Positions 55,684 through 64,000 of a stretch of DNA of 64,000 bases are shown piece by piece. How positions within the stretch are numbered: the stretch's first letter is position 1; every line of letters starts with the position of its first letter. The notes beneath the pieces are model-generated. The model saw only the letters and a program-made list of their open reading frames with translations, made no database searches and was not told the DNA's origin. This DNA comes from Candidatus Eiseniibacteriota bacterium (GTDB lineage Bacteria; Eisenbacteria; RBG-16-71-46): assembly GCA_963717935.1 (NCBI GenBank), contig CAVQXP010000004.1, positions 726,423-790,422 on the forward strand, given 5' to 3'. The translations under genes were made by a program, and so were the position numbers.

Positions 55684-57342
55684 TCACCTGGCAGGTGCGC
55701 TCCAGGGCGGGATGAGCGGCGTGCCCGAGATCGCGAGCCGTCCTGCCGCCGTGGACCCGACGCGCAGGAACGCGATGAGCGGGAAGGCCCGGCCGGACGC
55801 ACCGAGCAGGGCGGCCACGCTCGGGTGCGCGGACTCCTCGCTCGTCACGCTCACCGGGAACCCGTAAGGCTGGTATCGGGCGTGGAACTCGGGGGAGAGC
55901 AGGAGCTCGAAGTCGGTCAGGAACCACGCTCGTGGGTCACCGCCCAGGAAGCCCTCGGCCGGCCCGAGGATGATCACGTCGGGCGCGCGCCGCAGCACGT
56001 AGGCCCCGTCCCCCTTCATATGACCCGGCACTGCCTGCGAGCCCGTCTGGATCCGGTCGATCCTGCGGCTGGCGATCTCGCGATCGTTCAGGCCGAGCAG
56101 GTCGAGGAAGCACAGGGAGGGTGCGAAGTAGGGCGTCGAGCCGGCGGTCGCGGTCGCGACCAGGGCGCCGGCCGGGAGGTGCGCCTCCAGGTAGCGCCCC
56201 ACGGGCGCGCCGACGGCCAGGGCGGGATCGCGCACCGGCGTCGTCGCGAAAGTCGCGGCCACCTGCCACGCCACTCCCGCACAGACGAGCAGCGTCGCGG
56301 CCAGGGAGCGGAGGCCGGCCGGCCGGTCGTGAATCGCCACGGCGAAGGCCGTGAGCACGATCGCCGGGACGACCAGGCGCGCGGCGAGCATGTGATCGCC
56401 ACCGCCGAGGAAGAGCGAGATCCAGACCGGGAGCGCCAGCGCGAAGACCCACAGCGAGCGGGCCGATGCCGTGATGGCGAGGGCGAGCGCGGCAGCGGCG
56501 AAGCCCGGGAGCCAGCTCGTCCACTGCTGGGACAGGTAGTAGACAGCGGATCGCAGTTGCCAGCCGAGAGGCAATCCGCCGATCTTCATGCGGGCCGAAT
56601 TCGACAGGAAGTCGCCGAAGTAGGCCAGGCGGAACGCCTCGTACGCCACCAGCGGCACGAGGAAGAACGCGGCCGCCGCCAGCGCCGCCCGTGGACGCTT
56701 CGCCCGCGAGATCCAGAGAAGCGCGATGAGGCCGGTGGCGGCGCACTCCGGCCGCGTGAGCGCGGCGGCCGCGAGCGCCGCGCCGGCGAGCGCCGCCGTG
56801 CGCGTCGCCCGGGTGTCCGCCGTCTGGGCGCGCTCCCGCGCCAGGAGGGTCAGCCAGGCCGCGGCCGTCATCCAGAAGCAGATGCTCGCCATCTCGAGTC
56901 CGCCCCTCGCCCAGAGCACGAATCCCGGCTGGGTCGCCACGAGCAGGAGGGCCGTGGGCCGCGCTCTTGCCCGCCACCAGAGCACGAAGAGCACCGCCAC
57001 GTAGGTCAGGCCGAGCGCCCGCGCGGCGGACACCGGGTCCGCACCGAGGCCGTGGAGTAGCGCGAGCTGGCCCAGCCACAGCGGATGCGTGAAGCCCTCG
57101 ACGTGCTCGCCGTCGCTCCAGGTCAGGCCGAGTCCGGAGCCCAGCCGGTGGACGTAGCGCAGGGTGATGAACGCGTCGTCGTGGCAGAAGGCCCGGACAT
57201 GGTAGAGGCCGGCGGCAGCCAGGAACACGGCGGCCAGGAAGAGTGCCGGGCCCACCCACCGCGCCCGCAGGCGTGCCGGTCCGCGTCCCCTAGGGCTCAC
57301 ACCCCTGCGGCCGCGTCCGGGCGAGCGACTCGGCCTCTTCAC
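55684..57342 (-). CDS. Polytopic membrane protein, possibly a GT-C-fold glycosyltransferase
   Basis: About 12 predicted transmembrane segments. An HDDAFITLRY-type motif near the first loop. The function call is weak. Confidence 0.4.
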   Translation of the reverse strand: MKRPSRSPGRGRRGVSPRGRGPARLRARWVGPALFLAAVFLAAAGLYHVRAFCHDDAFITLRYVHRLGSGLGLTWSDGEHVEGFTHPLWLGQLALLHGLGADPVSAARALGLTYVAVLFVLWWRARARPTALLLVATQPGFVLWARGGLEMASICFWMTAAAWLTLLARERAQTADTRATRTAALAGAALAAAALTRPECAATGLIALLWISRAKRPRAALAAAAFFLVPLVAYEAFRLAYFGDFLSNSARMKIGGLPLGWQLRSAVYYLSQQWTSWLPGFAAAALALAITASARSLWVFALALPVWISLFLGGGDHMLAARLVVPAIVLTAFAVAIHDRPAGLRSLAATLLVCAGVAWQVAATFATTPVRDPALAVGAPVGRYLEAHLPAGALVATATAGSTPYFAPSLCFLDLLGLNDREIASRRIDRIQTGSQAVPGHMKGDGAYVLRRAPDVIILGPAEGFLGGDPRAWFLTDFELLLSPEFHARYQPYGFPVSVTSEESAHPSVAALLGASGRAFPLIAFLRVGSTAAGRLAISGTPLIPPWSAPAR

Positions 57343-57396
57343 CCCGGCGGCTCCGAGCGCCCCACCCGCGGGCAGCGGCTCAGCGCGCCCACGCGC

Positions 57397-58008
57397 TCAC
57401 CTCGGCTGTGCCGGCGGGGTCGCGGGCACCTGCCTGATCCCGCTGAAGTCCAGCTTCGGGGTCTCCTTCGCCTCGTCCGGCACCGGGTAGTACGGCTCCT
57501 CCTTGAATCCCAGCGCGCCCGCGTAGAGGTTGGTCGGGAAGCGCTTCACCATGATGTTGAAGCCTCTCACCACCTCGTTGTATCGCATGCGCGCGACCGC
57601 GAGCCGGTTCTCGATGCCGCTGATCTCGTCCATCAGGCTCAGGAACGCCTCGTTGCTCCTGAGCTGCGGGTAGTTCTCCACCACGACCAGCAGCCGCGCG
57701 AGCGCCGAGGTCGTCGCCTGGTCGGCGGCGATCCCCTCCTGGGGGGTGCGGGCGCCGCCCAGCGCGGCCCGTGCCTTCGCGATGTCGCCGAAGACCTGCT
57801 GTTCCTGCAGCGCGGTCCCCTTCACGGCCTCGGCCAGGTTGCCGAGCTTCGAACTGCGGGCCTGGAGCTGATTGCTCACCTCGGCCCAGCCATTCTTCAC
57901 CCCCTCGCGCGCCGTCACGAGGTTGTTGTAGCTCCCGAACAGGCGGCCCGCGATCATGAGGATCACGAGCGCCACGACCGCAAGGACGACCAGGCCACCG
58001 CGCTTCAT
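57397..58008 (-). CDS. lemA: LemA family protein
   Basis: N-terminal transmembrane helix. ...YNNLVTAREGVKNGWAEVSNQLQARS...RYNEVVRGFNIMVKRFPTNLYAGALGF is a typical LemA sequence. Confidence 0.85.
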   Translation of the reverse strand: MKRGGLVVLAVVALVILMIAGRLFGSYNNLVTAREGVKNGWAEVSNQLQARSSKLGNLAEAVKGTALQEQQVFGDIAKARAALGGARTPQEGIAADQATTSALARLLVVVENYPQLRSNEAFLSLMDEISGIENRLAVARMRYNEVVRGFNIMVKRFPTNLYAGALGFKEEPYYPVPDEAKETPKLDFSGIRQVPATPPAQPR

Positions 58009-58062
58009 GCAGACGCTCCTTTCGTCTCGGTCACGTCCGGCGTCGGGCCGGACGATCGCAGA

Positions 58063-58970
58063 CTACCATCCGCCGCTGCCACCGCCTCCGCCGCTCCCGA
58101 ATCCCCCGCCGCCAGTGAAACCGCCGAAGCCGCCACCACCGCCTCCGCCTCCGCCCGAGCCGCCTCCGCCCCAGCCGCCGCTTCCACCCCAGCCACCGAA
58201 CGAACCGGGGCCCACCCACCAGGCGCCGCCGCGCCGTCCGCGCCGTCCGCCGCCGAGCACCTGCGGGAGCAGCCCGAACAGGATCATCGCCACGACGAAG
58301 ACCACGAGCGCCAGCGGGAACTCCCCGCCGCCCCGGCGTTCGCGCGAGTAGCGCAGCTCGCGCCCGTCCCACTCGAGCGTCACGCCGCGATCCTTCGCGA
58401 GGATGCCCGAGACCCGGAGCGTGGCGGCGGTGATGCCGCCCGCGAAGTCGCCGGTCCGGAAGCGCGGCGTCATCTCGGTGCGGATGATGCGCGCCTCGAG
58501 CGCGTCGGGCAGGATCCCCTCGAGTTCGTAGCCGGTCTCGAAGGCGACCCTGCGCTCCTCGATCGCCACCAGCAACAGCAGGCTCGTGGGGTTGCCCTGG
58601 AACCAGCGCCGGTAGGCCTCGGTCTTGTACTGGATCGGATCGAGGGGGGCGGTGGTCCGGAGCGTGAGCACCGCGAACTGCACGCCCGTCTTCCGCTTCA
58701 CCTGGTCGAGGAAGGCCTCGAGCCGCGCGCGAGCGGGCTCGGGCATCACCCCCGCCCGGTCGTTGACGAAACCGGCGGGTGCGGGGTAGCCCGTGTCGGC
58801 GGGGGCCGCAGGCGGTGCTTCGGCGGCGGGTGCCGGCCGCGCGTGCGAGACCGGGGCGCTGTCGGGGCGTGCCGGGACGCCCGCGGCCCCGACACCTGCC
58901 GGCGCCAGAAGGAGCGCCGCGGCCAGGAGCAGGACGCGGGCGCCGGAGCCGATGGTGCTCAGAGGCTCAT
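58063..58970 (-). CDS. TPM-domain (YgcG-like) protein with a transmembrane helix and Gly-rich C-terminal tail; one frame break right after the start
   Basis: GFVNDRAGVMPEPARARLEAFLDQVKRKTGVQFAVLTL...LLLLVAIEERRVAFETGYELEGILPDA. Then a transmembrane helix and a GGGGSGGW-type glycine tail. Confidence 0.75.
58075..58215 (-). repeat. GGN-codon repeat region that encodes the Gly-rich tail of the TPM protein
   Basis: A low-complexity (GGC/GGT/GGA)n coding repeat. The Pro-rich ORF on the opposite strand is an artefact. Confidence 0.6.
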
Positions 58971-59711
58971 CTCGTCGAGCGCGCCGATCAGGCGCTCCAC
59001 CTCCGTCAGGAACCGGTGGTAGAGCACGAGCACCTCGTCCGCCTTGTAACGCCGCGTCGAGTAGCGGAACAGGTGGGCCGAGAGCAGGCTCTGCGCGTCG
59101 AGCTGGTAGAGATCGGCCACGCGCTGGATGATGCGGGCGGGTTCGACGGGCAGCGGCTCGCCGCGCAGCCGCAGCAGCGTGCGGAAGAGCGTGGCGAAGC
59201 CGCTCGCGCTCGCCCGCAGCATGCGCGCCAGCACCGCCCCGTCGGAGCGGTGGAGCAGGTAGGTCTGGCGCAGCTGGATGTGCTTGCCGCGCAGCTCGTG
59301 CTCGCACTGCAGGCGCAGGTAGGTACGGGGCACCTGCAACCCGGTCAGGACGTCGTCGCCCTCGAGTCGCAGGTGGCGCTCCTGGATCTCGAGCCACTCG
59401 ATAGGGAAGGAGTCGAGCGAACCTTCGATCTGGCTGCGGCTGAGGAAGAGGGGCTCGATGAGCGGCGGTTTGCGCTGGGCCGGCAGGGACTTCGCCACCG
59501 CGTCCAGCCGCGGACCGTCGAGCGAGCGCACCACGATCAGCACGTTGACGTGCGAGTGTTTCGGGTCGAAGCCCTGCGTGAGCACGCTGCCCGTGAGGTA
59601 GCCCGCGACGAACTCCGGTCCGACCGCGGCCCGCACCGGGGCAAGCCACTTGCGCGCGAGTTCCACGATCTCGGCCGGGGGCTCGAAGAAGGAATCGCCT
59701 GGAGCGTGCAT
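58959..59711 (-). CDS. Nucleotidyltransferase-fold protein (GS...DxD motif), co-oriented with the TPM and LemA genes
   Basis: AGYLTGSVLTQGFDPKHSHVNVLIVV. Overlaps the TPM gene start by 12 nt. Confidence 0.5.
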   Translation of the reverse strand: MHAPGDSFFEPPAEIVELARKWLAPVRAAVGPEFVAGYLTGSVLTQGFDPKHSHVNVLIVVRSLDGPRLDAVAKSLPAQRKPPLIEPLFLSRSQIEGSLDSFPIEWLEIQERHLRLEGDDVLTGLQVPRTYLRLQCEHELRGKHIQLRQTYLLHRSDGAVLARMLRASASGFATLFRTLLRLRGEPLPVEPARIIQRVADLYQLDAQSLLSAHLFRYSTRRYKADEVLVLYHRFLTEVERLIGALDEMSL

Positions 59712-59907
59712 GACGGTGACGCTAGCCCCCGCAGGGAGGGGGGTCAAGCGCCGCGCGGCGCACGGACGTCGTCCACCGGCGCGGGGTCCGGAGGTGGCGG
59801 TGGGCGAGCGCATGGTGCCTCTGCTCGCCCACCGCCACCTCCGGACCCCGCGTTCACGTGCGGGTGCCGCTTGACCCCCGCTCTTGACAGCGCCTACGGT
59901 CAGCGCC

Positions 59908-60951
59908 ATGGAGGACGCGCGCAACTGCGTGCGCCGTTCCAGGTTCCGCGCACGGCCTTCGGGAGGCGGGTTGCACGAGGTCCTGATCATCGGCGGTGGC
60001 CCGGCCGGGCTCACCGCGGGCATGTACTGCCGGATGCGCAAGCTCTCCGTGCTGGTGGTGGACGCCGGCCGCGTGGGCGGACAACTCGTCTCGGTCTACG
60101 CGGACAAGCCGGTGCACGACTGGCCGGGGCACGCGGAGGTCGTCGCCGACGATCTGGCCGGCCAGCTGGTCGCGCATGCGCGCGAGCTGGATGTCCAGTT
60201 CGCGGAGAACGAGAAGGTCGTGGACGTCCGCCGCCTCGAGGACCGCTTCGAGGTGGTCATCCGCGACGCGCTGACCCACGAGGAGCGCGTCCGTCCCGCG
60301 GCTTCGGTGATCGTCGCGATCGGCGGGGGTGCCTTCGAGCCGCGCCGCCTCCAGGTCCCGGGCGAGGAGGCGCTGTCGGAGGACTCCATCACCTACCGGA
60401 TGCCCGAGCCCGCGAAGGTGGCCGGGCGCACGGTCGTGGTCGTGGGCGGAGGCGATTCCGGGCTCGAGAGCGCCCAGGCCGCTCACCGCGCCGGGGCGAG
60501 CGTGACGATCATCCACACGCATGCCGGCTTCAAGGGCATGGAAGTCAACCTCGACGCCGTCAACCAGATGCGCATCCCGCGCCTGCTCGACACGGAGGTG
60601 AAGGAATTGATGGTCGAGGACGGAGCGCTCCGGGCCCTGATCGTCGAGACCCGCGGCGAGCCCAAACCCCGGCGGCTCGACTGCGACTACCTGGTCGTGA
60701 ACGTCGGCGCCGCCGTGAACCTCGAGGCCGTGCAGGGCTGGGGCGTGGAGGTCGAGGACACCCACATCAAGGTGGACGGCAGCATGCAGACCTCGGTGCC
60801 CGGGATCTTCGCCTGCGGCGACATCGTGACCTACGCGGGCAAGTACAGGCTGCTCATCACCGCATCGAGCGAGGGCGCCGTGGCCGCGAACTCGGCGTAC
60901 GCCTTCGTGCGCAAGCCCCGGCGCGTGACGATGAAGGACCTCTACCGTTGA
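59908..60951 (+). CDS. Thioredoxin-reductase-like FAD/NAD(P)-dependent oxidoreductase
   Basis: HEVLIIGGGPAGLTAG FAD motif. VVVVGGGDSGLESA NAD(P) motif. CGD near the C-terminus. The start could be the upstream GTG at 59884. Confidence 0.7.
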   Translation: MEDARNCVRRSRFRARPSGGGLHEVLIIGGGPAGLTAGMYCRMRKLSVLVVDAGRVGGQLVSVYADKPVHDWPGHAEVVADDLAGQLVAHARELDVQFAENEKVVDVRRLEDRFEVVIRDALTHEERVRPAASVIVAIGGGAFEPRRLQVPGEEALSEDSITYRMPEPAKVAGRTVVVVGGGDSGLESAQAAHRAGASVTIIHTHAGFKGMEVNLDAVNQMRIPRLLDTEVKELMVEDGALRALIVETRGEPKPRRLDCDYLVVNVGAAVNLEAVQGWGVEVEDTHIKVDGSMQTSVPGIFACGDIVTYAGKYRLLITASSEGAVAANSAYAFVRKPRRVTMKDLYR

Positions 60952-60973
60952 GGCCGGACCGGGGGCGGGAGCC

Positions 60974-61471
60974 ATGACCACGGCGGACGGCGCGGGACTC
61001 ACGATCCGCCGGCTCGGTGGCTGCAGCGAAGCGGAGGCCTGCGCGCGGATGATGGCGGCGAGCGAGCCGTGGATCACGTTGCGGCGCGACGTTGACGCGG
61101 CACTCGCCATCCTCACCGACCCGGGACGCGAGTCCTACGTCGCGCTCCTCGAGGGCGAGCTCGTGGGCTTCATCATCCTGGTCATGCACGGCGCGTTCGT
61201 CGGGTACGTCCAGTCGATCTGCGTCGCGCCCGGGCGTCGGGGCCAGGGCCTCGGCCGCCGGCTCATGGCCTTCGCCGAGGAGCGCATCTTCCGCGAGACG
61301 CCCAACGTGTTCCTCAACGTCGCCTCGTTCAACCCGGAGGCGCAGCGGCTCTACGAGCGCCTCGGCTACGAGGTCGTCGGGGAGTTGCGGGACTACATCG
61401 TGCCGGGGCACTCCGAGATCCTGATGCGCAAGAGCACGGGGCCGCTTTGCGAAGGTCCGACGCGGCTCTAG
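60974..61471 (+). CDS. GNAT family N-acetyltransferase
   Basis: VAPGRRGQGLGRRLMAFAEE acetyl-CoA-binding motif. Confidence 0.75.
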   Translation: MTTADGAGLTIRRLGGCSEAEACARMMAASEPWITLRRDVDAALAILTDPGRESYVALLEGELVGFIILVMHGAFVGYVQSICVAPGRRGQGLGRRLMAFAEERIFRETPNVFLNVASFNPEAQRLYERLGYEVVGELRDYIVPGHSEILMRKSTGPLCEGPTRL

Positions 61472-61813
61472 CGCTCCACGTACAGCTCGCGTCCTCACTC
61501 CGGCCTGCGCGATGCCCGCGCTTCGACAGGTTCTGGAATAGGTTCTAGACTGCTCCTGAGAAGCTGAGGGTGAGGAAACGCGATCGGCGCAGGGGCGCCG
61601 GTGCCCCGCAGCGGGTGGCTCGCATGCGCAGGATGCGTCGCAGCGTGGAGCGGCCAAGCCGGGCATCCGCCGAAGGCGGACGCCCATGATCGAATACTCA
61701 GACACAGCCCGGTCTGGCCGCACGGTCGCGAGGGACTCGGCGGCGGACTGCAGGCAGGCGGGATGCCCATGGCCGTAGCGATTCCGTGCCAGACCCCGGG
61801 GATCCATCCGGGC

Positions 61814-62506
61814 ATGCTCGCCTGGCGGGCGGAGGTGCGGCTCGACCCCCTGCGGTTCCTCTTCGCCACGCTCGAAGAGCAGGCCTGGCACCTGCCCAGC
61901 GCCCGCGCGGGCGGCGGTCCTTTCGTCCCCGACGCGCAGCCGCTCGAGACGGATCACGACCGCGACCTGCTGCCCTCCGTGCTGCGCGAGTACCCGCACG
62001 GGACCCGATGGTTCGCCAGGCTGGTGACACGTCACTGGCCACGGACCTGGGCCATCTGCCAGGCGGTGCTCCTGAACGGCGACGACGCGGACGACGCGAC
62101 GCAGGAAGCCTTCCTCAAGGCTCATCGCCATCTTCGCAGCTTCCGCTTCGAGTGCTCCTTCGGCACCTGGCTGGCGCGCATCGCCCGCACCTCTGCCCTG
62201 GACACCCTGGCCGCCCGCCGCCGTGAAGCCACAGCGCGGGCCACGGTCGCGCAGGATCCGGGCCTGCGCCTGCTCTGGAGTCCCTGGCGCTCGCCGGTCC
62301 CGGCGAGCGCCGATGCCCCGCTGCGCCGCGCGCTGACGCGTCTGGCGCCAGCCGACCGCCTGATTCTGGTGCTCCACGACGTCGAGGGCATGGAGTACGA
62401 AGAGGTGGCGGACGCGATCGAGATCGCCCCGGCCGCGGCGCGCATGAGGGTGTCGCGGGCACGGGCGCGGTTGCGTCGGATCCTGGATCGCGAGGTGGCC
62501 CCGTGA
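61814..62506 (+). CDS. ECF-type sigma-70 factor
   Basis: Region 2 DDATQEAFLKAHRHLRSFR...FGTWLARIARTSALD. Region 4 LILVLHDVEGMEYEEVADAIEIAPAAARMRVSRARARLR. Confidence 0.75.
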   Translation: MLAWRAEVRLDPLRFLFATLEEQAWHLPSARAGGGPFVPDAQPLETDHDRDLLPSVLREYPHGTRWFARLVTRHWPRTWAICQAVLLNGDDADDATQEAFLKAHRHLRSFRFECSFGTWLARIARTSALDTLAARRREATARATVAQDPGLRLLWSPWRSPVPASADAPLRRALTRLAPADRLILVLHDVEGMEYEEVADAIEIAPAAARMRVSRARARLRRILDREVAP

Positions 62507-62778
62507 CCAGGAGGGAGGAGGGACCGGGAGGGGCCGGCAGGGGGCTCGAGCCACGTGAGGTGGAGACGCTGCGCGGAATGCTGGGGAAGCCCGGTGCGCC
62601 GCGGATCAGGCAGGCTGTGGAGGAGATCGAGCGCCAGGTGGCGACAGACGACATGATCGTCCTCATGATGGCGGGTTTGTCGGGCGCGGCGCGCGTGTTC
62701 TTCGACGTTCTGGCACAGATCGGCGCAGAGCGGGACGCTCCATCGTCCCGCCGGCGCCGGGAAGGAGATGAACCATGA
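62503..62778 (+). CDS. Small protein (91 aa) translationally coupled to the ECF sigma gene; anti-sigma-like candidate
   Basis: ATGA overlaps on both sides (62503 and 62775). No family recognised. Confidence 0.35.
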   Translation: MTRREEGPGGAGRGLEPREVETLRGMLGKPGAPRIRQAVEEIERQVATDDMIVLMMAGLSGAARVFFDVLAQIGAERDAPSSRRRREGDEP

Positions 62779-63608
62779 GCGACTGGACCGAGTTCCTCCG
62801 GCACGGCTTCGAGAGCCTGCTGGCGCAATCGGCGACCCTCCTGCCGCGTTTGCTGGTCGCCGTCCTGCTCGTGCTGCTGGGCATCGTCCTGGCCTTCGCG
62901 GTCCAGGCCCTGGTGAGGGGGCTCCTGCGGCGCGCCGGCCTGGACCGGCTGGCCGAGCAGACCGGGGTGGGGCAGTTCCTGCAAGGGTTGGGCTACGAGA
63001 ACCCGGCCTCCCACCTGGCGGCCTTCGCGGTGTTCTGGGCGGTCTTCGCGGTCTTCCTCCTCTCGAGCGCCGACGCTTTCGGCCTGGCGGGCGTTTCGTC
63101 GCTGATCGCCGGACTGATCGTCCGACTGCCGGCCCTCGCCCTGGCCGCCCTGCTCATCCTGGTGGGTTTCGCCTTCGCGCGCAGGGCGCGCCACCTGGTC
63201 GAGGAACTGGCCGACCGGTCGCGGCTTCTCTCGGCGCGTCCGCTGGGGGCGGCCGCCTATTACCTCGTGGCGGCGCTCAGCATCGTCATCGCCCTGGGCG
63301 GGCTCGGAATCGACTTCGCGATCGTGAACGGGGTGGTGATCGTCATCCTGGCGTCGGTGGGCTTCGGGCTGGCCCTCAGCGTCGGCCTCGGATCCCGTGA
63401 TGTCGCCCGGAACACGATCGACGGCATCTACGCCCGGCGCCAGGTCCGCACCGGCGATCGCATCCGAGTGGGCGACGTGCAGGGAGAGGTGACCGCGGCG
63501 GGCGACGTGTCCGTCACGCTCAGTGACGGCGGGAAGAGCTGGCTCGTGCCCTACGAGCGCCTCCTGAGTTCGGTCGTCGAAATCGTCGAGCGCTCCTCCG
63601 AGGACTGA
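62775..63608 (+). CDS. Membrane protein with conserved-TM-helix repeats and a C-terminal beta domain (MscS-like small-conductance channel family candidate)
   Basis: Several transmembrane helices with repeating Gly/Ala-rich patterns. C-terminal GDRIRVGDVQGEVTAAGDVSVTLSDGGKSWLVPYERLL resembles the MscS beta-domain. Confidence 0.5.
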   Translation: MSDWTEFLRHGFESLLAQSATLLPRLLVAVLLVLLGIVLAFAVQALVRGLLRRAGLDRLAEQTGVGQFLQGLGYENPASHLAAFAVFWAVFAVFLLSSADAFGLAGVSSLIAGLIVRLPALALAALLILVGFAFARRARHLVEELADRSRLLSARPLGAAAYYLVAALSIVIALGGLGIDFAIVNGVVIVILASVGFGLALSVGLGSRDVARNTIDGIYARRQVRTGDRIRVGDVQGEVTAAGDVSVTLSDGGKSWLVPYERLLSSVVEIVERSSED

Positions 63609-63625
63609 GCCGGCACCCCGGCTCA
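63606..63625 (+). terminator. 8-bp hairpin TGAGCCGG-cacc-CCGGCTCA that overlaps the stop codon of the last ECF-operon gene
   Basis: The arm sequences are exact. Confidence 0.3.
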
Positions 63626-63876
63626 GTCCTCGGCCCCGCCGCGCGGTCGAGAGGCCGGCGGCCCCCCGGGCGTCGTCGTGAAGCGTCCCGGCGCCCTCCC
63701 GTCGGCTTCCACCATGGCTGGCGACTGTCCTGTCCTGCAGTCCATTGGGCGCATGGCCGGCGGCCCACTCGGATTTGCCTGTTGCAGAACGCGGCTGTGG
63801 TGCGTCTATATGGTGAAAGCGAAGGAACCAGCCTCGCCTGCAGTGAGGTCGGGCGTCCGACGGAAAGGGAGTCGTC

Positions 63877-64000
63877 ATGTACATGTGTCGTGCCGCGTTT
63901 CCAGCACTGCTGGCGTGTCTCACCTGCCTGGCGGGGGGTGTCACGGACACGGCCCGTGCCGCTCTGTCCGAACTGGGAGGCACGGGGATCCTCGAGTTGC
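63877..64000 (+). CDS. 5' end of a signal-peptide protein; 3' end lies outside the window
   Basis: AAAGGGAG lies 5 nt before the ATG. MYMCRAAFPALLACLTCLAGG. Confidence 0.4.
   Translation, partial: MYMCRAAFPALLACLTCLAGGVTDTARAALSELGGTGILEL

Noticed and set aside
57956-58351. A Pro-rich plus-strand ORF (PPPPLPNPPPP...)
   Set aside because: It is the antisense reading of the GGN repeat that encodes the Gly-rich tail of the TPM protein.
58779-60977. A 732-aa plus-strand ORF
   Set aside because: It is low-complexity and spans three real genes on both strands.

Overview
This is a ~70% GC bacterial chromosomal segment with about 50 genes on both strands and frequent GAGGAGG-type ribosome-binding sites. 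Most of it is core metabolism and housekeeping.

The gene content, in order, is:
- A partial MrfA/YprA-like helicase with a DUF1998 module, then a methyltransferase, then a MrfB/YprB-like RNase-H-fold exonuclease.
- A cold-shock-domain protein with zinc ribbons.
- A fatty-acid degradation cluster: fadD-fadL on one strand, and TPR-fadA-fadB on the other.
- A gdhA operon carrying two PEP/pyruvate-binding (PPDK_N) proteins; one of them also has a nucleotidyltransferase domain.
- The conserved tilS-hpt-ftsH block, with a tRNA-Met(CAU) beside it.
- A DUF4159, giant coiled-coil protein, TPR protein and secreted protein cluster.
- cdaA and folP, then secD and secF, then guaB.
- A chemosensory-like module (MCP-like, CheW-REC, REC-GAF) and a LemA/TPM operon.
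- An ECF sigma operon.

About 25 single-base frame breaks occur, including in essential genes (secD, secF, tilS, hpt, guaB). These are almost certainly assembly indels in G/C runs rather than pseudogenes, and the six-frame track is fragmented as a result. No CRISPR array, transposase or integrase was seen.

The most interesting candidates are the helicase-methyltransferase-exonuclease locus, a catalytically degenerate paralog of that exonuclease near the tRNA, and the gdhA-PPDK_N-nucleotidyltransferase operon.
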